A model generated the notes under the pieces. That model saw nothing but the letters and a program-made list of their open reading frames with translations, was not told where the DNA came from and searched no databases. Below, piece after piece: positions 9,924-18,333 of a stretch of DNA of 64,000 bases. How positions within the stretch are numbered: the first letter of the stretch is position 1; each line of letters opens with the position of its first letter. Origin of the DNA: Chloroflexota bacterium (GTDB taxonomy: Bacteria > Chloroflexota > UBA11872 > VXNJ01); NCBI GenBank assembly GCA_965261345.1, contig OZ253449.1, forward strand, positions 544,001-608,000, read 5' to 3'. A program made the translations under genes and the position numbers.

Positions 9924-11969
9924 TTGCCCGCGCGGCCGCTCTATCAGTTCATACGCGGCGGGCCAACGGCGCTAACAACTCCCGCCGAGGGTTCGCCCTC
10001 GGGGAGCCCGGCGCAAGCCCGCTATTGGCCGGCTCTCGACGGGCTGCGAGCATTCGCGGTCATCGCGGTGCTAATTTTTCACGCCGGAGCCGATTGGCTG
10101 CCGGCGGGGTTTTTGGGAGTCGACGTTTTCTTCGTCATTTCCGGATTCCTAATCACCCTGCTGCTCCTGCGCGAGCGGTCCGAGCACGGCGCGATTGCGC
10201 TGCAGCGATTTTGGATGCGGCGAGCCGCCCGCCTGCTGCCGGCGTTGCTGCTGCTGCTCGGCCTCACCGGGCTTTACCTGGCGGCAATTTCGCCGGCCAC
10301 GGTCACCGGCTTCCTCACCGACGCCCGATTCGCGGTCCTGTTCGTTGCCAACTGGGATTTCGTGCTGCGGCAGGTTTCCTACTTTGCCCAATGGCAACCG
10401 GCGCTGGCCACCCACCTTTGGTCGCTGGCCGTTGAAGAGCAGTTTTATCTTGTATGGCCGCCGCTGGTTGTCTTGATCATGCGGTTTGGTGGTGTTCGCC
10501 ACCTGGCCGTACTGGCCGGGTTGTTGGCGGTTGCCGCGACCGCGCTGATGGCGGCCCTGTACGTGCCCTGGGAAGATGTCTCGCGAATCTACTACGGCAC
10601 CGACACCCATCTCAGCGGCCTGGCCTGGGGAGCACTGCTGGGGTGCCTGGTGGCAATGTCCAACCGAGGGTTAAGGCTACCGCCGCTGGCCGGCAGCGCG
10701 CTGGGCGCCGGGGCCCTGGCGGGCCTGACGGCAATGATGGTTTTTCTGCATGAGTGGGACGGACTGCTTTACCGCGGGGGCTTCCTATTGGCGGCGGTGC
10801 TAACCGGGATCGTCCTGATCGCCGCCTTGGGACGGCAAGGTCCACTGGTCCATCTGTTGGCCTGGTCGCCGTTTCGCTGGATCGGGAAGCGCTCGTATGC
10901 CATCTACCTATGGCACTGGCCGCTGCTCGTCATCGACCTGCCGCTGCTAGATCGGGTCCCGCCCGCGGTTGATCTGGCGGGGCGGGGCGGCATGGTTTTT
11001 GCGTTGGCGGCGATCTCCTGGTACGTGGTCGAAGCTCCCGTGCGACAGTCGGTGGCCAAGGCGCTTGCCAATGTCGGACGGCGCGGCCCCGGATTGACCC
11101 GAGCCACGCTTGCCAGTCTGCTAAACATTCCGGTCAGCAGCACCGTATGCATCGGATCATTGGCGGCTTTTTCGATCGTTGCAGCGCTCGCGTTCGGTGG
11201 CTGGTTTCCCCAATCGCAATCGGATATCGCCGATCAGATTGCAGCCAACGCTCGATTGCTCGAATCGATCAACTCCCCGACCCAACCGGCCCCAGCGCCG
11301 CAAGCTACAAACCGACCGGTTGTCCCCGCCAACGCCACAACGGCCGTCCAAGACCTCATTGAAACCGACAACGCCGCGCCCGAGCCCACAGGCGCGCCCG
11401 GGGAGGACAACCAGATCGTCGTGTTTTCGAGCCCGCTGCTGACGGTCGGCTACGACCCGGCCAGCGAGCGCGCCCCGCCGGTCCGGCGGCGGCCGATCAA
11501 TCTTCCGGTGTTGGCAATCGGCGACTCGGTCATGCTGGGAGCGACCCCAACCCTGCTTACGGCGGTCCCGCAACTCCAGATCGACGCTACCGTGGCCAAA
11601 CAGTTCGCCGACGGCATCGATCGCATTCGATCGGCACTGGCGGCCCCGCCAGCCCTCCGCCCGCGGGTAATCGTGGTCCACCTGGGGACAAACGGGATAT
11701 TCGACCCGGCCCATCTGGACCAGATGCGCCAGCTGAGCCACAATCTGCGCCGCCTGGTCGTAATCAACATTCGCGCGCCGCGATCCTGGGAGGAATTTGT
11801 CAATGAACAGCTGGAGACTACGGGCGAATGGAAAAGTGTTCGCTTTGTCGACTGGTACGAGGCCTCGGCCGAAAATCCGGATTGGTTGGCCGACGATGGA
11901 GTGCACCTGTCACCTGCGGGTCAAACCGCCTACGCTGATCTGATCGCCAACGCGATCGCCTTCGGCTAG
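9924..11969 (+). CDS. Membrane O-acyltransferase (OatA/YrhL-like: Acyl_transf_3 plus C-terminal SGNH domain)
   Basis: LDGLRA.AV, GVDVFFVISGFLIT, HLWSLAVEEQFY; SGNH motifs IGDSV, LGTN, DGVH; start codon uncertain. Confidence 0.9.
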   Translation: MPARPLYQFIRGGPTALTTPAEGSPSGSPAQARYWPALDGLRAFAVIAVLIFHAGADWLPAGFLGVDVFFVISGFLITLLLLRERSEHGAIALQRFWMRRAARLLPALLLLLGLTGLYLAAISPATVTGFLTDARFAVLFVANWDFVLRQVSYFAQWQPALATHLWSLAVEEQFYLVWPPLVVLIMRFGGVRHLAVLAGLLAVAATALMAALYVPWEDVSRIYYGTDTHLSGLAWGALLGCLVAMSNRGLRLPPLAGSALGAGALAGLTAMMVFLHEWDGLLYRGGFLLAAVLTGIVLIAALGRQGPLVHLLAWSPFRWIGKRSYAIYLWHWPLLVIDLPLLDRVPPAVDLAGRGGMVFALAAISWYVVEAPVRQSVAKALANVGRRGPGLTRATLASLLNIPVSSTVCIGSLAAFSIVAALAFGGWFPQSQSDIADQIAANARLLESINSPTQPAPAPQATNRPVVPANATTAVQDLIETDNAAPEPTGAPGEDNQIVVFSSPLLTVGYDPASERAPPVRRRPINLPVLAIGDSVMLGATPTLLTAVPQLQIDATVAKQFADGIDRIRSALAAPPALRPRVIVVHLGTNGIFDPAHLDQMRQLSHNLRRLVVINIRAPRSWEEFVNEQLETTGEWKSVRFVDWYEASAENPDWLADDGVHLSPAGQTAYADLIANAIAFG

Positions 11970-11990
11970 CTGCAAGCTGGACGGGATCGG

Positions 11991-14183
11991 CTACCCCAGC
12001 TCCAGTTGCGCCGGGGCGGCGCGGGCGGTTAGCCCGCGCGATTGGATCGCGTACAGCCGGGCCACTTGGGCGACGCTGGTGGCGTCGGCATAGCCCTTGT
12101 CGGGCCGCGGGAGGCCGAGCGCTCGCGGGAAGCGCAGCGCGAACCCTTCCTGTCCACCCTCCGGGTCAATCCAGTGGCGGCGCAGCAGCTGCCCCTTCAC
12201 CTCGACCAGCAATCCGGGTTCCAACCAGACGTCGGGCGCCGAGCGCGCGAGCAGATCGACGGGTGGCCCGCCAGTTCGCCGATCCGCCGCATGCCAGTCC
12301 CAATCGGGAAACGGGGATAGGACGATCCGCCCCAACTCTCGCCACCCATGCCCGTCCTCGGCGCGAACCGCCAGGAACAGGGCGGGCGGCTCTGCAGTTT
12401 CCGCGGACGGAGGATTCCAGTACCCCAGGACAGACGCTACCGCCTCCAGGACGGGACGTTGGCGCAGCGGGATTCCAGTCGGCTGGCCGGCGAACAATTC
12501 GGCCAAATGCCCGACGCTGGAAACCTGTTCGAGGTCAGTCCCATCCAGCGGGGCTACGGCCGCGATCCGGCCAAACTCAAACAGTTCGCTGCGGCCGGCG
12601 GTGTGCAGGCGCGATCGCGAGATTTCGTCGCACTGGACGGTGATGACGTGGCGGGGTTGGACCCATTGGTCAGGGGTTACATCCGATGCCACCAAGGCCG
12701 GGGGCTGACTGATCACATCCTCCTCCAGCAGCCCTGCCAGTTCGATCCATTCCTCGTCACTAAAGCCCGATCCGATCCTGGTGATCGATTTGAGGCGTTG
12801 CTCCCCTCCGTCCCATACGGCCCCGAGCAGCCCGCCGATTCCAAACGCAGTTCGCTTGCCGGACCCGCGCCAGAAACCGATCACCGTGCAGTCGATCGTA
12901 TCGCCCAGTCCAGTGCTGCCGGGCTTGAATTTCATCCAGGCGAATCCTCGTTTGCCGGTCTCGTACGGGGCGTCGAGCTGCTTGGCCACAATTCCCTCGA
13001 GACCGGTCGCAATTTGCCGCAGGAAATATTTTTCGACCGCGTCCGCGCGGTCGGTGACCATCTGCTCAATCACCGCTATTGACTGGTTGGGCTCAACAAT
13101 CTCCAGCAGGCGAGCCCGCCGTTCGGCAAACGGCCTCGCGGTTAGGTCATCTCCGTCGGCATAGAGCAGATCAAAACAAAAAATCTGCACTGGATTCTGT
13201 TCAACGCTGCGGGCGATGTCGAACTTGCGGCGCCGGGTGGAGGTGACCTGAAACGGCCGCAACACCCGTGTAAGCGGGTCGTAGGCGACTGCTTCCCCCT
13301 CCAGGATCACTTCGCTGTCGCCCAGCTGGCTGCCGGCCGCGCTCACTAGTTCGGGAAACATGTCGGTTAGGGGCTCGAGCCGGCGTGAATAGATTGCCAC
13401 TTCCCGGCCCCGACGGTGCAGCTGCACCCGCAACCCATCGTACTTGGGTTCCAGTGCGCTCTCTTGCATGCGTTCGATGATTTCCTCCGGGGATTGGGCG
13501 ACTTGGGCCGAGGCCATTAGCACCGGGACACCCACCTCGATCTGGATCGCAGCAGTTGCCGGCAAGCCTCCGGCCAGATAGGTCCTGGCAATCCGGCCGA
13601 GATCGGGAAGGCGGTGATAGGACCGCTCGATCTGGCGCCGGTGGCTGCCGCGCTCGCCGCTGCGGGCCTGCGAGAGGGCCTCAAACACGGTGGGTTCGCG
13701 GACCCCCAAGCGCAATTTTTTCAGCGGTATCCGCGCGAGGTAGCGGGCCTCCAGCTTGCCCATTCGGGTAAACAGGCCTGCCAGGCGATCGAGTTTGCGC
13801 TGCCCCGACCCCTCACCAACCTCCCGGGCGATGGCAAGCAGCGCCGAATGGATCACCAGGACCGACAGCGACTGTGAATGGGATTCGGCCAGCTGCTCGG
13901 CCAGCAAACCGGCATCGCCCAGTTCGCGCGCACGCGTGCGCAATCCGTCCTCGGGCTCGGAGAAGGCCAGAGCGAGCGCAGTAACCACCATGTTGCTGCC
14001 GATCCCGATCTCGACCGGCAAATAGGTCGGCCGCACCCGACCCTGCAGCAGGTAAGCGACCGCCTGCGCTTCGAGCGGGGTGCAGGACTGGAACAGTTCT
14101 GCCAGGATCGAGATTATTTCCAGCCGCTTGGCCACCCGCTCGATGCGTTGCCAATAGCTAGCCAGTTCGGCAAAAGTTAGCAA
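11991..14183 (-). CDS. lig: ATP-dependent DNA ligase (archaeal/LigB type), elongated by a second OB-like domain
   Basis: N-terminal DNA-binding domain, motif I EPKYDGLRVQLH, LEGE, FDLLY, EGIVAK, WMKFK, motif VI ALRFPR...RPDK. Confidence 0.93.
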   Translation of the reverse strand: MLTFAELASYWQRIERVAKRLEIISILAELFQSCTPLEAQAVAYLLQGRVRPTYLPVEIGIGSNMVVTALALAFSEPEDGLRTRARELGDAGLLAEQLAESHSQSLSVLVIHSALLAIAREVGEGSGQRKLDRLAGLFTRMGKLEARYLARIPLKKLRLGVREPTVFEALSQARSGERGSHRRQIERSYHRLPDLGRIARTYLAGGLPATAAIQIEVGVPVLMASAQVAQSPEEIIERMQESALEPKYDGLRVQLHRRGREVAIYSRRLEPLTDMFPELVSAAGSQLGDSEVILEGEAVAYDPLTRVLRPFQVTSTRRRKFDIARSVEQNPVQIFCFDLLYADGDDLTARPFAERRARLLEIVEPNQSIAVIEQMVTDRADAVEKYFLRQIATGLEGIVAKQLDAPYETGKRGFAWMKFKPGSTGLGDTIDCTVIGFWRGSGKRTAFGIGGLLGAVWDGGEQRLKSITRIGSGFSDEEWIELAGLLEEDVISQPPALVASDVTPDQWVQPRHVITVQCDEISRSRLHTAGRSELFEFGRIAAVAPLDGTDLEQVSSVGHLAELFAGQPTGIPLRQRPVLEAVASVLGYWNPPSAETAEPPALFLAVRAEDGHGWRELGRIVLSPFPDWDWHAADRRTGGPPVDLLARSAPDVWLEPGLLVEVKGQLLRRHWIDPEGGQEGFALRFPRALGLPRPDKGYADATSVAQVARLYAIQSRGLTARAAPAQLELG

Positions 14184-14198
14184 CTGTCAGCTGCCCCT

Positions 14199-16424
14199 TC
14201 AACCCCCGCGCGGCTGGGCCGAGGGTAAATCGCTCTTGCTAAGGCGCGCATATGCGACCGCCAACTTCTTGGTCTCACCAGAGTCAAATCGCACCCGAAC
14301 GAACTCCTCCCCGCCGGAAAAACTCGACTCCAGGATCAGGCCGCCGCCAAAGCTGTTGTGGCAGACCCGCTGTCCCTGGTCAAATTGGGCCAGCGGCTCC
14401 TGTTCCGGCGGTTCAAAGTTTCCCGCCGGCTCCCGTCCGGGCGGGATTGGACCAAAACCCGCAGTGTCCTCGTACTCAAGCAATCGGCTGGGCAGATCGG
14501 CCAGGAAGCGCGACGGGTCCTGGGACTGCGTTCCCCAGTAACGGCGCGCCCGCCCCGAATATGAAATATGCAGGCGGTCGCGGGCCCGCGTCATTCCCAC
14601 ATAAGCCAGGCGGCGCTCCTCGTCCAGGTCGCCATCGATGCTGCGCTGGTGCGGTATTAGGCCGTCGACGAATCCGAACATGAAAACGCAATCATATTCC
14701 AGGCCCTTGGCCCGGTGCAGGGTCATGAGTTCAACACAATCGGCACCCCGGGCCGATTGCGCATCGTCCCCACCGGCAACCAAGGCCACGTCCTCGAGAA
14801 ACTGCTCCAGCGCGGGAGCGGGCTCCAGGGCGCCGTAGGCAGCCAGTCCGTCGAGCAGCGATTGAACGTTTTCGGTGCGCTCCTGCCCGCGTTCGTCATC
14901 GGAAAGCAACCGCTGGTAGCCAGACTGCACGAATACTTCCATCATCAGGTCCGGCAGCGCCAGCGATTGAGCCTTTTCGCGCAGGGCCTGGATCAACCGC
15001 CACAGTCCACCTAGGGCCTTGGCCGCCCGTGGCGGCAGCTGCCAGGGCAAGTCGAGTCGATCGGGACCGGTGACCGCCTCCAGGGTTTTTCCAACCGAAA
15101 GCCCCAGATCCTCGCGCATGCTCTCGAGCGCGGACCGGGTGCCCGGTCCGATCCCGCGCGGCGGGGTGTTGAGGATCCGGCGCCAGGACACCAGGTCGGA
15201 ATCGCTTCGCAAGACGCGCAGGTAAGCGATCAGGTCCTTGATTTCCCGCCTTTGGTAGAACTCCGGGGCCCCGCGCACCACGTAGGCGATGTTGAAGCGG
15301 CGCAGTTCGGTCTCCAATTCCCGCGACTGCGAATTGATTCGATAGAGGATGGCGATCTGGCTCAGCCGTACTCCGGTGTTGGCCAGCTGGGCGATCCGCA
15401 GTGCGATTGCCGCGGCCTCGTCCTCGGTGTCAGATGCCTCGATAACCGAGATCGCCGGTCCCGGCTCGCGTTCGGTCCACAGCTCCTTGGCGTGTCGCCG
15501 GACCATTCCCTGGGCCAGGCCGTTGGCGCATTCGAGAATGTTGCCGCTAGACCGGTAGTTGCGGGTCAGCCGGACAACCCGGGCGCCGGGATAACGTTCG
15601 GCAAATCCAAGAATCAGGCCAACATTGGCGCCCCGCCAGGTGTAGATGCACTGGTCATCGTCGCCAACCACCACCAGATTCAAATGGCCAGCGGCGAGCA
15701 TTGCGACCAGCGCGTCCTGGGCGCGATTGACGTCCTGGTACTCGTCAACCATCACATGTTGGTACCAACCCTGGAGGTACTCGAGCAGCTGCGGATGCTC
15801 TGACAACATCGCTACCGGGCGGGCGAGAAGATCGCCAAAGTCCAGCGCGTTGGCGGCCTTGAGCTCGCGCTCATAGTCGCCGGCAATCTCGCCGAACAGT
15901 TCGGGGTCCAGGCGAAATTCCTCGTTCGCCGCGTAATATTCGGCCGGGTTGATGAGCTCCTCCTTCGCACGGGCGATGTTGGACAGAATGTGTCGCTCTT
16001 CACTGCGCCCCAGTCCGGACTTGGTCAACCCTCGCCGTGAGAGCACCTGTTTTAGCAACGCGCGCTGATCCTCGGCATCCAGAATCGAGAAATTCGGGTT
16101 GATCCCAATCTTTTGGCCGTGGCTGCGCAGCAGCTTCACCCCGAAGCGGTGAAAGGTTGAAATCTGGGCATCGTAGAGGGCCGGGCCGCCCAGGGCAACC
16201 GCTCGCTCGCGCATTTCGGATGCGGCTTTGTTTGTGAAAGTGACCGCCAGCAATCGCTGCGGTCGCAACCCGACGCCGCCCACTAGGTAAGCCGCACGAT
16301 GGGTAATAACCCGGGTCTTGCCCGATCCGGCGCCGGCCAGGATCATCATCGGCCCGTCGACGTGCGAGACGGCGGCCAACTGGTCCGGGTTGAGCGAGTT
16401 ATCGGTGTAGCTGGGATGAAGCAT
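14199..16424 (-). CDS. pcrA: UvrD/PcrA family ATP-dependent DNA helicase
   Basis: AGAGSGKTRV, TFTNKAA, VDEYQD, GDDDQCIY.WRGA, NYRS, AKGLE, EERRLAYVGMTRA; C-terminal Tudor-like tail. Confidence 0.96.
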   Translation of the reverse strand: MLHPSYTDNSLNPDQLAAVSHVDGPMMILAGAGSGKTRVITHRAAYLVGGVGLRPQRLLAVTFTNKAASEMRERAVALGGPALYDAQISTFHRFGVKLLRSHGQKIGINPNFSILDAEDQRALLKQVLSRRGLTKSGLGRSEERHILSNIARAKEELINPAEYYAANEEFRLDPELFGEIAGDYERELKAANALDFGDLLARPVAMLSEHPQLLEYLQGWYQHVMVDEYQDVNRAQDALVAMLAAGHLNLVVVGDDDQCIYTWRGANVGLILGFAERYPGARVVRLTRNYRSSGNILECANGLAQGMVRRHAKELWTEREPGPAISVIEASDTEDEAAAIALRIAQLANTGVRLSQIAILYRINSQSRELETELRRFNIAYVVRGAPEFYQRREIKDLIAYLRVLRSDSDLVSWRRILNTPPRGIGPGTRSALESMREDLGLSVGKTLEAVTGPDRLDLPWQLPPRAAKALGGLWRLIQALREKAQSLALPDLMMEVFVQSGYQRLLSDDERGQERTENVQSLLDGLAAYGALEPAPALEQFLEDVALVAGGDDAQSARGADCVELMTLHRAKGLEYDCVFMFGFVDGLIPHQRSIDGDLDEERRLAYVGMTRARDRLHISYSGRARRYWGTQSQDPSRFLADLPSRLLEYEDTAGFGPIPPGREPAGNFEPPEQEPLAQFDQGQRVCHNSFGGGLILESSFSGGEEFVRVRFDSGETKKLAVAYARLSKSDLPSAQPRGG

Positions 16425-16558
16425 GCTGCCGTTGCGGCCGGCTCAGATCCTGCGGGGAAGTCATTTGAAAAGCTCGAACAATGCTAATTCGCCAGCGGCC
16501 ACAATCCGATCAAGCCGCGGTGTGAAAATAAGCATTGCCCCACTCCAAGGCATCCGCA

Positions 16559-17044
16559 ATGGCCCAGTCGACCCGGCTTCCCGCCGCCCCCGCCCGGATC
16601 GCGTCCGCTACCCTGTTTGACGCGCCGGCGATCAGCAAATTGATCGAGCCGTTCGCCCGGGCTGACCAGATGCTGCCGCGTCCCCTGACCGAGATCATCG
16701 AAAACCTGCGCGACTACAAACTGGCCTTTGACGCTGACACTCTGGTCGCGGTGGTGGCCCTGCACATAATGCCCCCCGATACCGCCGAGGTGCGGGCCCT
16801 GGCAGTGGCCGAGGACTGGCAGGGGCGCGGACTGGGTCGCCAGCTGGTGCAACTCTGCCTCGATGACGCCAAGTCACTTGGGGTCCCTCAGGCATTTACG
16901 CTAACTCTGCAACCCGGATTCTTCTCCAGGTTGGGGTTCACCGTTTCCGATCGCGACAAACTCACACATAAGGTTTGGACCGAGTGCTACAAGTGCCCCA
17001 AGTTTGATCGCTGCGATGAAATCGCCATGACGATCAACCTTTAG
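16559..17044 (+). CDS. argA: Short-form amino-acid N-acetyltransferase (GNAT)
   Basis: MLPR, AEVRALAV, QGRGLGR, FTLT, KVWTECYKCPKFDRCDEIAM match short GNAT-type ArgA; alternative start at 16535. Confidence 0.85.
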   Translation: MAQSTRLPAAPARIASATLFDAPAISKLIEPFARADQMLPRPLTEIIENLRDYKLAFDADTLVAVVALHIMPPDTAEVRALAVAEDWQGRGLGRQLVQLCLDDAKSLGVPQAFTLTLQPGFFSRLGFTVSDRDKLTHKVWTECYKCPKFDRCDEIAMTINL

Positions 17045-17054
17045 GCTCGTCAAT

Positions 17055-18326
17055 ATGCGGCGCGAGATACTACGGCCGTCCAGGCCCACGGTCACCCTGC
17101 TGCGGCCGCTTGCGTTGCTCGCAGTCGGGGTACTCGCAGTTCTGTCCCTGGTAACAACCGCCGCGGTGGTCTACTGGTTTTTTTACGTGACCGCGGCGCT
17201 GGTCGGATTGACCTGGTTTTGGGTCGCCCGCTCGGTGGCCAACCTGCGGCTGTCGCGCACCCTTTCGACCAAGGCCGCATTTGCCGGCGACGACGTGGCG
17301 GAGGAATTCCGACTCACCAACCTTGGGCGTATGCCGGTGCTGATGGTTGAGCTGGAGGATGAATCCGATTTCCCCGGATACTCAGCTTCGATTGCCGAAA
17401 ACCTCGATTCCCGTCAAACCAAGGTCTGGGCGAGCAGCGGCAGGGCGCTGCGGCGCGGGGTTTTTACGATGGGCCCGATGATCGTGCGGACCGGCGATCC
17501 GTTCGGCATTTTTTCGGCGCAGTTCGATTTCCCGCGGACTACCACCTTCGTCGTGTACCCCAAGATCTCGATCATGCCCGACGTTAACGTGCCGGCCGGC
17601 CACCAATTCGGGTCGGCCCGTTCGTCGTCGCGCACCCAGCAGATTACCTCGGACGCGGCCGGCATCCGGGATTTCGCGCCGGGCGATCCGATGAAGCGGA
17701 TCCATTGGCTGTCGACGGCGCGGCGCGGCCAAATCACCGTGAAGGAATTTGACTTGGAGCCCGCCGCCAGCGTCTGGATCGCACTGGACCTGCAGCGCTC
17801 GGTCCAGGCCGGACGGGGGGCCGACACCACCGAGGAGATGGCGGTGAAGGTTGCCACCGCGGTGGCCTACCAACAGATCCGCGCCGGGCGCGCGGTCGGC
17901 TTGGCCGCGCACGGCGGTCAACGCATTCGGCTTGAGCCGCAGAAAGGATCACAACAACTCTGGCGCATCCTTGAACACCTAGCGATCCTGAGCGCCCAGG
18001 GCATCCAGCCGTTCGAAGCTTCGCTGTCCGAACTGACCCAAGGGTTGGGATCGGGAGTCTCGGTCGTTGGCATTTCGCCGGCGGCCAACACCGGGTGGAT
18101 TGCGGCTCTGGCGATGCTCGCGCGGCGGCGCATAAATTGCACCGCCGTCCATATAGATGCCGCCAGCTTCGGCGGGCAGGCCTCCGCGACCGACTTCCTG
18201 CCGATCGCTGCCGCCGCCGGTGTATCGGTCCGCAGCGTTAGCCAGGGCCAGGAATTTGCCAGCATCAGGCCCGATTTTGACCCGCAGTCGAGCGGCGGCC
18301 TGCCGCCGGCGCTGGTGGGGCGTTAA
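17055..18326 (+). CDS. DUF58 domain protein
   Basis: N-terminal TM segments, RRG.F..GP, DPFG.F, VYP, IRDFAPGDPMKRIHW.STAR. Confidence 0.9.
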   Translation: MRREILRPSRPTVTLLRPLALLAVGVLAVLSLVTTAAVVYWFFYVTAALVGLTWFWVARSVANLRLSRTLSTKAAFAGDDVAEEFRLTNLGRMPVLMVELEDESDFPGYSASIAENLDSRQTKVWASSGRALRRGVFTMGPMIVRTGDPFGIFSAQFDFPRTTTFVVYPKISIMPDVNVPAGHQFGSARSSSRTQQITSDAAGIRDFAPGDPMKRIHWLSTARRGQITVKEFDLEPAASVWIALDLQRSVQAGRGADTTEEMAVKVATAVAYQQIRAGRAVGLAAHGGQRIRLEPQKGSQQLWRILEHLAILSAQGIQPFEASLSELTQGLGSGVSVVGISPAANTGWIAALAMLARRRINCTAVHIDAASFGGQASATDFLPIAAAAGVSVRSVSQGQEFASIRPDFDPQSSGGLPPALVGR

Positions 18327-18333
18327 ACGCCCG

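Noticed and set aside
16520-16536. ARG box upstream of argA (TGTGAAAATAAGCA)
   Set aside because: Too many mismatches to TGnATwwwwATnCA and no second box.
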